Shown here in pieces: positions 29,776 through 39,836 of a DNA stretch of 64,000 bases (position 1 is the first letter of the stretch; each line of letters begins with the position of its first letter). Made by a program: the position numbers and the translations under genes. The notes beneath the pieces were generated by a model. That model was not told the origin of the DNA. It did not search any database and worked only from the letters and a program-made list of their open reading frames with translations. Source of the stretch: a virus (Duplodnaviria > Caudoviricetes); the IMG/VR virus record IMGVR_UViG_3300030055_000003, one strand, 5' to 3'.

Positions 29776-32700
29776 ATGAAAATCATAAAAGAACTAAAAG
29801 TTGGAGAAGGTATAAATATAATTCAAAGAGAAGGTAAGGACTTTGTATTATCAAAGAAAAGTGGTTATAGAACAATGTTTACAGATAAAAAAGAAAAAGA
29901 GCATAGAAAAAACATATGGAATGCAACTATGGATTGGTGTTTTGATTCAGTAAAAATGAATGAAATAAAAATTAACAAAGATATGTCCAAGCCTTTTTAT
30001 ATGATTGATGGTAAACAATATTCAGACGCTATAATAAGCGTAAAATTTAAATGTGCAATAAAAGAATCAGAAGAAATAAATGGATTTAATGAACAATTAC
30101 TAGGATTAAGTAAAACGAATAAAGAAATAGAATTAAAGTTAGTAGAACTTAGAAAACAAGGAGTATCATTAAGACAATGTAAACATAAAGGAGAATATAA
30201 AACTAATCTTACACAGGAGCAACAATTATATATTGAATTATATAAAAGACAACAAAATATTATTGAAGAAAAGAGAGATAAGGTAAAAAAACTAAAAGAG
30301 CAGAAAAAAAATGATATACAAAATACAGAACAAATCAGAAAAGAATTATACAAAAATGGATTTGATATTATAGATAGTCAAGGTAAAAAATCTCATATGG
30401 TTAGATATAAACGTTCTAGTGGTTCTAGTAGAGTTGGAAAATGTTTATTTATTAGAGAAGATTTATATAAACCTATGATGGATTGGACTATGATGGACTT
30501 ATGTATAAAAGATGGAGATGAAATTGATTTAGCTAGTTATGAAGCATATATAAGTTTAACATTAAGTTCTATGATAGATACTATTAATATAAAACCAGAA
30601 AATATATTAATACTTAAAGATGAAGAATCAAAAATAAGAGAAGAATGTATGGTTACTGAACAAGTAATAGATAAGGATGGAAAAGCAGTATTATGCACAA
30701 CAAAAAAATATACTGATGTAATTAATAAAATTTGGGATGGAGAAAGCTTGGCAGATAGTAGTTTGTTTGGTGATAAATATAAGAATAAGGGAATGTTATT
30801 GTTAAGAAATCAAATGATAAAAACTTGTGCCTTTAACACAGAAATCCAAAAAAATTATAAAGATTACAATATAACAATGGAAGATATAAAAAATAGTGAA
30901 TATTATCTTTATACAAAAGCTAAAAAAGTTGAAGATATATTATTAATAACAACTCCGTCTAGTCTAAAATATTATAAATTCGGTTTAATTGAAAATTATT
31001 TAAATAATATGGATGAAAAATGGGGGATAGTTAAGTATGATAAACCAACACATTATTTTGATGGAGAACTAGTTCAAACACATTATCAGTTGTTAAACTC
31101 TCTTAATTGCAATAAAAAAGATATCTCGGAAATATTAAAAGAAACAAAAGAATATGTTAGTTTATTAAAAAATGATATGGCTGTATTAAGAAAACATTTA
31201 AAAATGCAAATAGAACAAAATGAAGAATGCAAATTGTCAGATGAAGAGATTATGAATAGAGAAATAGAAGGATTTTATAATGAAGATCATTTAAATATAA
31301 ATAAAGATAATCATACAAAAGATATGATGTATACTCTATTAACATTAAATGATAAAATTAAATTTACTACTGAATTTATTAATTTTCAGAAAGATGTTAT
31401 AAGGGCATATAAAGATAATGCTAGACTAGGACATATTTTAATTCATGGTAATTATAGTGTATTATGTGGAAATGGAATAGAAATGTTAAAAGGTTCTTGT
31501 GGAAAATGGAACATTAAAGATGGTTCAATTATCAAAAAAGGAACAATATACTGCAATAACTTTGAAGAAGTGAAACTTATAGGATCAAGGAGTCCTCACC
31601 CTTCTCCTAGTTGTATATTCGTTTCTAAAAACACTATATATAATGAAATAGATAAATATTTTAATAGTAGTAAACAAATAGTACATATAAATGCAATAGA
31701 AGAGAATAACTTAGAAAAATTATCATCAGCAGATTATGATAGTGACCAAATGCTTCTTAGTGATAATGAAAAACTTATTGAAATTGCAGAAAGACATTCC
31801 AAAGATTATCCTGTATCAGTAAATTGTGTGATTGGAAAGAAGACTCCTAGATATTATACTAATGAAGATAAATGTGATTTAGATGTGAAAACTAGCAAGA
31901 ATTTTATAGGACAAATAATAAATCAAGCACAAATATTAGAAAGTCATTTAAATGACATTAGATTTAAAATAAAAAAAACAAAGGATAAAAGTATAAAACA
32001 AAAATTACAAGAACAGATAGATGATGTATTCATTGATATATCAACGTTAAATATAATGTCTTGTATAGAAATAGATAAAGCAAAAAAAGAATTTGATATA
32101 GATAATGAATCTGAATTAAATAAAATAAAAGAAAAATATAATAATATTAAATTACCTAATTTCTTTAAATATACAGCAAAAAAAACATATCAAGATAAAA
32201 AAAACAAGATAAAAGAAAAGATATTAAAAAACACTCCATATGAAAAAATAGATAAAATTAGTGATACGGATGATATTATTATCAAGAAGAAAGAAAACAA
32301 TAAAGTAATTAAAGAGATAATAGATAAAGCAATTTCTTCTATGGAGAAGGAAAAATATCATCATTACGAAACAACAATGGATTATTTGGAAACGGAAATA
32401 GATAAATTTACATATAGAAAAATTGATAGACGAGTTGACAATAAAGATAATATTACTAATATACTAGATTTATTAACTAATAAATATAAAGAAATATTAA
32501 AGCATATAAGTGATGCAGACAGAAAGCAGATAGATAGAATCATGGGTTTAATAATAGATAGCGATAAAAAAACTAGAGCATTATGGTGTAATACCAATTT
32601 AACAGGTGAAGATAAATATTTTAAAACTATCCAGTATAGAGTCGAATTAATAAATAAACTATCTACTTTTAAAATAAAGTTTGTAACTTTGATATCAATT

Positions 32701-32895
32701 TTAAAACAAATTAAGGAAGGAAAATATAGTAACATAGGAAGAGTTGCATTAAGTGTGCTATATTCTAGTCATAGAGAAATGTTCCTTGAAATGTTTAGGA
32801 TTCAACAAGAAGAAATAGAAATACTATGTGATGGAGAAGATATAGAGTTATATGGAATGTGCTTTGGGAAAAAGAAAACAACTAGGGATATTTAA
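29776..32895 (+). CDS. Single-subunit DNA-dependent RNA polymerase, SPbeta YonO / RdRP-like family
   Basis: YKRSSGSSRVGKCLFI, WDGESLAD, GSRSPH, catalytic SADYDSDQ, IGQIIN, IDKAKK. Confidence 0.88.
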   Translation: MKIIKELKVGEGINIIQREGKDFVLSKKSGYRTMFTDKKEKEHRKNIWNATMDWCFDSVKMNEIKINKDMSKPFYMIDGKQYSDAIISVKFKCAIKESEEINGFNEQLLGLSKTNKEIELKLVELRKQGVSLRQCKHKGEYKTNLTQEQQLYIELYKRQQNIIEEKRDKVKKLKEQKKNDIQNTEQIRKELYKNGFDIIDSQGKKSHMVRYKRSSGSSRVGKCLFIREDLYKPMMDWTMMDLCIKDGDEIDLASYEAYISLTLSSMIDTINIKPENILILKDEESKIREECMVTEQVIDKDGKAVLCTTKKYTDVINKIWDGESLADSSLFGDKYKNKGMLLLRNQMIKTCAFNTEIQKNYKDYNITMEDIKNSEYYLYTKAKKVEDILLITTPSSLKYYKFGLIENYLNNMDEKWGIVKYDKPTHYFDGELVQTHYQLLNSLNCNKKDISEILKETKEYVSLLKNDMAVLRKHLKMQIEQNEECKLSDEEIMNREIEGFYNEDHLNINKDNHTKDMMYTLLTLNDKIKFTTEFINFQKDVIRAYKDNARLGHILIHGNYSVLCGNGIEMLKGSCGKWNIKDGSIIKKGTIYCNNFEEVKLIGSRSPHPSPSCIFVSKNTIYNEIDKYFNSSKQIVHINAIEENNLEKLSSADYDSDQMLLSDNEKLIEIAERHSKDYPVSVNCVIGKKTPRYYTNEDKCDLDVKTSKNFIGQIINQAQILESHLNDIRFKIKKTKDKSIKQKLQEQIDDVFIDISTLNIMSCIEIDKAKKEFDIDNESELNKIKEKYNNIKLPNFFKYTAKKTYQDKKNKIKEKILKNTPYEKIDKISDTDDIIIKKKENNKVIKEIIDKAISSMEKEKYHHYETTMDYLETEIDKFTYRKIDRRVDNKDNITNILDLLTNKYKEILKHISDADRKQIDRIMGLIIDSDKKTRALWCNTNLTGEDKYFKTIQYRVELINKLSTFKIKFVTLISILKQIKEGKYSNIGRVALSVLYSSHREMFLEMFRIQQEEIEILCDGEDIELYGMCFGKKKTTRDI

Positions 32896-32949
32896 TCAAA
32901 AAATATCACAAATTTCCACACTTTAAATAAATTAATAGAAGAATAAATG

Positions 32950-32979
32950 ATGTCAGACGTTGGTATTACTAGGGTTAAC
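32950..32979 (+). repeat. 30-bp element just downstream of the RNAP gene
   Basis: ATGTCAGACGTTGGTATTACTAGGGTTAAC; 28/30 identical to 13412-13441(-). Confidence 0.85.
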
Positions 32980-33406
32980 AGATATACATATAATACGAAA
33001 CTTCGGGATTATAGGGAGAAAGAAAAACATTTTAATAGTTGAAAAATCTAAGACCGTATAAGTGTATTCTCCCAACACTTATAAAAACAAAAAGATATTA
33101 TAGCTTTAATTAGCTTTATTATACCAACGCCTTGAAACATAGGCGAAACACTATATATTTTTTAATTTTTCATAAACATTTCATTTTACCCCTTTATTTA
33201 TTTAACTTTTCTCTCTCCTAAATGGACGTTTAGTTATAACACAGATAACTGGCGTTCATTAGAGAGAAAGAGTAAAAGAAATGTAATTGAAAATAAATTA
33301 ATAGAAGTATAAAAACTAATAAACTTACAGTTTTAACAATTAGTAAATATCCCTATTAAGGGTTATAAATAAAAAAAATTAGAGAGAAGAAAGAGGAGAT
33401 TTTAAA

Positions 33407-33718
33407 ATGAAGAAAGAACAAGTAATTGAAGTAATTAAGGAAACATTAGGACTAGAAAGCAAAAAGGAAACAGAAGGTAAATTTACTGAATTTGATAAAA
33501 TTATTAAAGCAGTAGTAGAAAAATTAGAAGTAGGAGATAAAGCTAAAATTGGTTCATATTTAGAAGTAGAAAAGAAGCATATGGAAGCTAAGCATACAGA
33601 TGCTAGAGTAGGAAGAAATCCTAGAACCAAGGAAGCTATCAATATTGATGCCAAGGATTATCCGGCATTTGATAAAGTAACAATTAAAGCAACTAAGGCT
33701 TTGGGTAAAGCAGAATAA
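33407..33718 (+). CDS. hup: HU-family histone-like DNA-binding protein
   Basis: MKKEQVIEVI..., ARVGRNPRTKEAINI; follows the RNAP as yonN does in SPbeta. Confidence 0.88.
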   Translation: MKKEQVIEVIKETLGLESKKETEGKFTEFDKIIKAVVEKLEVGDKAKIGSYLEVEKKHMEAKHTDARVGRNPRTKEAINIDAKDYPAFDKVTIKATKALGKAE

Positions 33719-33865
33719 TAAAGACATTTGAGAAGGACTAGATTAGAAATAATTCAGTCCTTCTATTTTGTATTAATCATAGAACTTATATTAATGTATA
33801 GGTTGTTAGTTAATATAAACAAAAATATATACCGTATATATCGGTGGAGGGTTTGAGGGAGAATT

Positions 33866-35347
33866 ATGGGAGGAAAAAAGAATAAAGAAAATGAAATTGT
33901 AATAAGTCTAAATGGAAATCAAGCCGAAGAAGTAGTAGGCAGTAATTTAAGCATTTCATATTTATCAGATATAGGTAGAAAATGTGTTTTGGTCGAATTA
34001 GGAATGATACAAAATAACGATATGGCTGACGAATATATACTAAATAAGGAAATGTTAAATAATATTCCTATTAAAGAGTCAGATTATTGTTTTATGCTTC
34101 ATTTACATTGTGATCATATTGGATTGTTTCCAGCATTATCTTCAATGGGATTTAAAGGTAGGATAATAACTACAAAGACTAATTCAATATTATCTAAACC
34201 AATGTTAAAAGATTGCATTAAAATTCATGTGAAAAATTGCGAGTATTTAAGAGAAAATAAAGATAAATTTAAAAAGAAAATCAAAGGGAAAGTAAAAGAA
34301 TTATTTGAAGAAAAAGATTTAGATAATGTAATGAGTATGATGGACGTTTATGAATTGGATAATATATATCATTTAGATGACTATTTGTCTTTTAGATTTA
34401 CAAATAACTCACATATTATTGGTTCGACACAATTAGAAATTTTTATAAAGAAATTTGGAACAAATATTGTAAAAAAGATTTGTATTACAAGTGATTTAGG
34501 AAATACAGATAATTACTCATATACATATTTTACAGAACCAACAATTCCAGTATCTAATTCAAATATTCTATTTATAGAAAGTACATATGGATTAGGAGAT
34601 AGAAATTTCAACAAGAGAACTTGTATAGAAGAAAGAAAACAATTAGAAAAAGATATACTAGGATTTGTAAATTATAATCATTCGTGTATGATACCATGTT
34701 TTGCCTTATCTAGACTTAGTAATATGATGAGTTGGCTATATGATACGTTTAAAGATAGATGGGATATGTCTAAACCAATTATAATAGCAACTAATCTAGG
34801 TAAAAAAATAAATGACAAAATGTATGAGGTTTTAGATAATGAAGATTTGGCTTATTGGGATGAAGTTATGACTTGGAAAGCTTTTAAATTTATAAATGAT
34901 AATAAGAGTTGTGAAGCTTTTGTTAATTCTAAACCAAAAAGTTACCTAGTACTAAGTTCAAGTGGGATGATATCAGGAGGTTTTAGTAATCTATTTGTTA
35001 ATCAAATGTTACAAGATTCTCATAATGGAATATTATTTTGTGGATATTGTTCTCCTAATACAATAGGTGGTCAATTATTAGATAATAGTACAGATACAGT
35101 TATTGTTGATGGTAGAACATTAAAAAAGAGATGTATTGTGAAAAGATACTATTCATTCAGTAGCCACGCATCACAAAAAGATATTGTAAACTATATTAAG
35201 CAGTGTGATTGTCAAAAAGTAGTATTGCAACATGGAAGTAGTGACGCAAAAGAAGAATTAAAGAAATTATCTGAAATAGAATTGAGCAAAATGAACAGGA
35301 CAACAAAAGTTATTTCATCATATAAGGATATGCAAATAACTTTGTAA
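33866..35347 (+). CDS. Metallo-beta-lactamase / beta-CASP nuclease
   Basis: HLHCDHIG, SHIIGS, TSDLG, IESTYG, SSGMISGG, FSSHAS. Confidence 0.9.
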   Translation: MGGKKNKENEIVISLNGNQAEEVVGSNLSISYLSDIGRKCVLVELGMIQNNDMADEYILNKEMLNNIPIKESDYCFMLHLHCDHIGLFPALSSMGFKGRIITTKTNSILSKPMLKDCIKIHVKNCEYLRENKDKFKKKIKGKVKELFEEKDLDNVMSMMDVYELDNIYHLDDYLSFRFTNNSHIIGSTQLEIFIKKFGTNIVKKICITSDLGNTDNYSYTYFTEPTIPVSNSNILFIESTYGLGDRNFNKRTCIEERKQLEKDILGFVNYNHSCMIPCFALSRLSNMMSWLYDTFKDRWDMSKPIIIATNLGKKINDKMYEVLDNEDLAYWDEVMTWKAFKFINDNKSCEAFVNSKPKSYLVLSSSGMISGGFSNLFVNQMLQDSHNGILFCGYCSPNTIGGQLLDNSTDTVIVDGRTLKKRCIVKRYYSFSSHASQKDIVNYIKQCDCQKVVLQHGSSDAKEELKKLSEIELSKMNRTTKVISSYKDMQITL

Positions 35348-35379
35348 ATAAATTAATAAAATAAAAGGAGATAGAAATA

Positions 35380-35715
35380 ATGGCTAAAGCATTAAAAGTA
35401 GATTATAAAGGCATTAAAGTAGAATATAAAGATGGTGAATTAAAGGGAACTATAAAAGTTGAGAATGAGGAAAATGAATTAGTAGAAACAGAAATTAATG
35501 TAACTGCTGAGGTAAAAGAATTATTAGCTACATTAGAGGAAGAAGATACAATCTCAATTAATATTAAGAAATTTAAAGAGCCTAAAGAAAAAGAAAAACA
35601 ACCTATATTTAAATATGTATGTGGTTGTGGAAAAGAAATTAAATCTAAGTTTGAAGGACTTGATATAACATGCAATGAGTGTGAGAATACATTCTGCATG
35701 GAAGAAGGCAAATAA
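35380..35715 (+). CDS. Hypothetical protein with C-terminal Zn ribbon
   Basis: YVCGCG..ITCNEC. Confidence 0.7.
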   Translation: MAKALKVDYKGIKVEYKDGELKGTIKVENEENELVETEINVTAEVKELLATLEEEDTISINIKKFKEPKEKEKQPIFKYVCGCGKEIKSKFEGLDITCNECENTFCMEEGK

Positions 35716-35716
35716 T

Positions 35717-35842
35717 ATGAAATGTGATAACTGTCAACATGAAAGAGTTTGTATAATGTATAAAGAGTACATATTAAAACTTGAAAGAAGTGGTGTAGAA
35801 ATTACAATTGATAAATGTAAAGAATTTGATGAAGTCGAATAG
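35717..35842 (+). CDS. 41-aa Cys-rich protein
   Basis: MKCDNCQHERVCIMYKEYILKLERSGVEITIDKCKEFDEVE. Confidence 0.6.
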   Translation: MKCDNCQHERVCIMYKEYILKLERSGVEITIDKCKEFDEVE

Positions 35843-36239
35843 CAGATACTTGAGAAAGATTTGACTATAAAATAAATTAAAACAACTAATTGATATTAAC
35901 GAGAACCTTATAGATGTTACAGAGAAGTCGTGAGAAATATCTATAACCTTGTAATATTTTATATTTATCTATGGGTTTAAATAATATATGAGGACTAACA
36001 CTCATTCCCCAGAGTAATTTTCAGTTACTCGGTACTCCTTGAGGGGACGTTAAAATAATATTCAAGGCAAGGTTAGAAAACAGGCTCACTAGCTGAGGAA
36101 ATTATAATGATTAATTCGGTCACACCCCTGTATAAAAAATAATAGTGAACGCTTACCATTAGTCCGATAGGGACGTTAAATCTATTTTTATTTAGATGTT
36201 ATCGTAGCATGCCAAAAACGGAATAGATAACAAGTGTAT

Positions 36240-36690
36240 CTATTAAGCAATAAAGTAAATGTCGTTTCAAGATTAGGTATTTAACTTTGCTTTATAATGG
36301 TTTTATGTTTACCAAAACTTGAATAGGATTGATAATCTGAAAGAAAACATATGATACAAAACGCTGGTCAATATGCGTTTAATAAATGGTTGATTGGATT
36401 GAATAGATGGAGACGTTTTAGTTGTACCATCGAGACTAATTAGTCACTCTAGATTAATTAGATGTTGAAGATAGGCTTTACGCCAGTGATTAGGGAGTTG
36501 ACATAGGTAATTCTTCCGTAGATATATGTAATAGTCTATATTAAAAACCTACTATCAGAAAATTTCTAAGACAGGATTAAGGAAATGCGATAGCTATTCG
36601 TTAACTGGAAAAGCTTCCGATTATATGATACTCGAAGTACAAGAGTATTACCCTATAGAATTAGTGGACATAACCATACGGATAGGGATT
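36240..36690 (+). ncRNA. Candidate large structured ncRNA (ROOL/GOLLD-like setting; family not established)
   Basis: ORF-free, GC-enriched, many nested helices (e.g. 36359/36380, 36406/36431, 36436/36461, 36504/36551, 36628/36648, 36651/36687). Confidence 0.5.
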
Positions 36691-37014
36691 TTAAAAATAA
36701 ATTAATAAAATAAAGTAGCAATAAAATCACATATATAAATATAACAACCTCCTACAGTTTTTATAAAAATGTGTGATTTTATTGGTGTTTTATTACACTA
36801 TGTTCCAAGTGATGATACTTGGTAAAAACTAAATATAAATAACTAGAATTATTTCCAGTAGCACTCTTAGGATAGTTAGTGCTTTACAATTAGACTTCCT
36901 CATTTAATTGAATATTTATTATTAGCAATACAGCTAAGATGTGATTTTAGGATATTTTCACATTTATCAACAAAATACCTCATTTAATAATAAATTAAAA
37001 AGTGAGGTAATAAA

Positions 37015-37878
37015 ATGAAGAAATTTACAAAGCAAGAATTAAAAGAACAATTAGGTATGACAGAAAAAAACTCTAAGTTAGTTATGGATGCACAAAGAAA
37101 ATTTCCAGCAGTATTAACAAATACTGATGATGGATTTTGTATTGATGGTAGAAAATTACATAGTAATCTAGTTGAGAATGTAAAAACAGGAAAAAACGGA
37201 AATAAAATAAAATCAACTAAATTTAGTGATTGGATAAAAGGAAGAATAGAAAAATATACCTTTGTTGAAAATGAAGATTATATTAAACATTATAAAATAC
37301 CATCAAATCCAGTAATAGCCTACGTTCAAAAATTTGGGAACGCACTGTTATCACAGGAACAAATATTAGAACTTAATTCTCAACAACGTTCATACTATGG
37401 AATAACAGAAGAATATTCTTTAAATTTAGAAATGTCAAAACAATTATGTATGATTGAAAACAATGAAATGGGTTTGTTATGTAGAAAATATTTTATTAAA
37501 ATAGAACAAGCAATAAAAGATAAAATTGAATGGCTAGAAATTAGAGAACCCGAGGCTAAAGGGTATACTGACATGAAAGTGTATATTAATAAATGGTGTG
37601 AATTAAATGGATTTGATAATTCAGATGACTCATTAACAAAACGAGAAGCTAACTTATTGAATATAGCTTTAACTGGAAAATCGGCTATGGAATTAAGAGA
37701 CTATATTGGATATAAAGATATTACTACAAGAAATCACTTACAAGGTTCAGTTAATAAAGCTTTATCAGAACTACAATTAGTTAATAGTAGTTTATTGATG
37801 GCTAATTTAGATTTTAAAACTAGAAAACCAATTATAGAAGATACTTGTAAGGCTAAATATTCAGACTTGAAATTCTAA
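37015..37878 (+). CDS. AntA/AntB-type antirepressor
   Basis: IDGRKLHSNL..FSDWIKGRIEKYTFVENEDY..EYSLNLEMSKQLCMIENNEMG..CRKYFIKIEQ. Confidence 0.85.
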   Translation: MKKFTKQELKEQLGMTEKNSKLVMDAQRKFPAVLTNTDDGFCIDGRKLHSNLVENVKTGKNGNKIKSTKFSDWIKGRIEKYTFVENEDYIKHYKIPSNPVIAYVQKFGNALLSQEQILELNSQQRSYYGITEEYSLNLEMSKQLCMIENNEMGLLCRKYFIKIEQAIKDKIEWLEIREPEAKGYTDMKVYINKWCELNGFDNSDDSLTKREANLLNIALTGKSAMELRDYIGYKDITTRNHLQGSVNKALSELQLVNSSLLMANLDFKTRKPIIEDTCKAKYSDLKF

Positions 37879-37907
37879 TAAATTAATAATACATATATGT
37901 AAATTAT

Positions 37908-37942
37908 AAATCGGATTGACATTGAAGTAAATCCGATTTTGA
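37908..37942 (+). terminator. Intrinsic terminator
   Basis: AAATCGGATT / AATCCGATTT stem. Confidence 0.65.
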
Positions 37943-37970
37943 TAAATAAAAACGAAAAGGAAGATATAAA

Positions 37971-38183
37971 ATGGGAGAAAAAGAATATCAACAAGGTAGT
38001 AATAAAGATAAGAAGAAAAAACACAAAAAGTACAGAGATATTAAATGTAGTGGTTGTAAAGATATTATAGATATTGATTTATGCATCAGTAATGATGATA
38101 TGGATTATGTAGATACTACTAAATCTAAAATATATGTTTATTGTGGCTCATGCGGATTACAACATGAAGTAAAACTAAAGTAA
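37971..38183 (+). CDS. Small Zn-ribbon protein
   Basis: KCSGC..YCGSCG. Confidence 0.7.
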   Translation: MGEKEYQQGSNKDKKKKHKKYRDIKCSGCKDIIDIDLCISNDDMDYVDTTKSKIYVYCGSCGLQHEVKLK

Positions 38184-38210
38184 CAAATAATAATAAGGGG
38201 AGAAATTATT

Positions 38211-39818
38211 ATGAATGAAATATTGAAGAAGAAAATTGAAGAGTATGACAATGAGTATATAGGTCGTATTTACAGAAATAAGTGTGAATACGAATTAACT
38301 AATACTATGTGTAAGAATGCTATAAATGAAGAGCTAGGAACGAGTTATGCCGAAAGTACATTAAGAGGAATTGCTAAAATTTTCAATGAAACCTATGAAT
38401 TAATTCTTGAAAGAGTATTAAATAAAGATAATAATGAATGTTTAAAAGGATTGGAAATAAAAAAGAAGTCATTAGAAGTTGAAAGCAATAAACAAATTAA
38501 AGAACAAGAAAAAGAGTTAGATAAAATAAAGAAAGAAAAAGAAAAATATGAGAAGGAACTTGATAAATTAGATGCTAAAGAAGAAAAAAGATTAAGAGTT
38601 ATTGAGAATGGTGAATACTATACAATATCATCTAATAAGAGAGAGATAAAAGTATCTAAAGAAAAAGTAAAAGAAATTAAGAAAATATATTGTGATGAAA
38701 ATGGAATAGGAGTTTCTCAATTGTGTAGAAAACTGGATATTCCAAGAAGAGATTTTATGTTAATCAAGTATGCTTTCAATATAGTTCATGATGATGTTCC
38801 TTATTTAGATGAAGAATTAGAATGTGAAGATAATATAGACTCATTAGTTGAAGAAACTATTGAAAGAAGAAAAGAAAAATATTTCTTAAAACTTCAAGAA
38901 GAAGAAATAAATAAAATGAAACAAGAATTAAAGTCTTATAGAAATAAAGACTATCTTTATGATAAGATATTTGATAAATTAAGCGAAATAGAAATTAATC
39001 CTGTTAAATATAATGTTGAATTAAGACCTAGCATTAAAACAAGATGTGGATTATTGGATTTAGAAGATATGCATGTGGGAATTAAATCAAACAATTTATT
39101 CAATAAATATGATGTAGAAACTGCATATTTAAGGGGAACAGAATTAACAAAAGAGATTATTAAAACATCTTCTGAACTAGGCATTACTGAATTATATGTA
39201 AACAATCTTGGTGATAATATTACAGGCATAATCCACGATAGTCTTATAGCAGAAAGTGAAATACCAGTAGAAGAACAAGTTAAAGTTGCAACAGAAATAA
39301 TATTAAATATGTTGATATCATTTGCTGATTGTGGTTTATTCAGTAAGGTTCATTATAGTGCTGTTAATGGTAATCATGGACGCATATCAATTAAAGAAAA
39401 AACTCCAAATGATATGCATAATTTTGAAACTTTTATCACATGGGGAATTGAATTATCATTAGCAAGTAGTGAATATGCAGATAAAATATTAATAGAGAAA
39501 AACTATTTAGATGAAGGAGTTATTTCAACAGAAATAAATGGATGCAGAATCCTTTCTACACACGGACATAATGATAAATTTGGAAAAATAGTTCAAGATT
39601 TAATACTAATGTTTGGTGATGCAGTTGAAGTTCACACAGCACATTTACATCATAATAAATCAGATGAAATTCATTGTAGAGAATTGTTTATGGGTAGAAG
39701 TTTTGCTGGTACTGATACATATGCTAAAGATGGAAGACATACGTCAAAAGCTGGACAAAGACTATATGTTTATTCAGAAGGTGAAAGAGAGTTTATAAGA
39801 GATATAATATTTAAATAA
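38211..39818 (+). CDS. Calcineurin-like metallophosphoesterase with N-terminal coiled coil (SPbeta YonJ-like)
   Basis: DLEDMHVG, LGDNITG, NGNHGR, STHGH, AHLHH. Confidence 0.85.
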   Translation: MNEILKKKIEEYDNEYIGRIYRNKCEYELTNTMCKNAINEELGTSYAESTLRGIAKIFNETYELILERVLNKDNNECLKGLEIKKKSLEVESNKQIKEQEKELDKIKKEKEKYEKELDKLDAKEEKRLRVIENGEYYTISSNKREIKVSKEKVKEIKKIYCDENGIGVSQLCRKLDIPRRDFMLIKYAFNIVHDDVPYLDEELECEDNIDSLVEETIERRKEKYFLKLQEEEINKMKQELKSYRNKDYLYDKIFDKLSEIEINPVKYNVELRPSIKTRCGLLDLEDMHVGIKSNNLFNKYDVETAYLRGTELTKEIIKTSSELGITELYVNNLGDNITGIIHDSLIAESEIPVEEQVKVATEIILNMLISFADCGLFSKVHYSAVNGNHGRISIKEKTPNDMHNFETFITWGIELSLASSEYADKILIEKNYLDEGVISTEINGCRILSTHGHNDKFGKIVQDLILMFGDAVEVHTAHLHHNKSDEIHCRELFMGRSFAGTDTYAKDGRHTSKAGQRLYVYSEGEREFIRDIIFK

Positions 39819-39836
39819 AATATAAAGGATTAAAAG

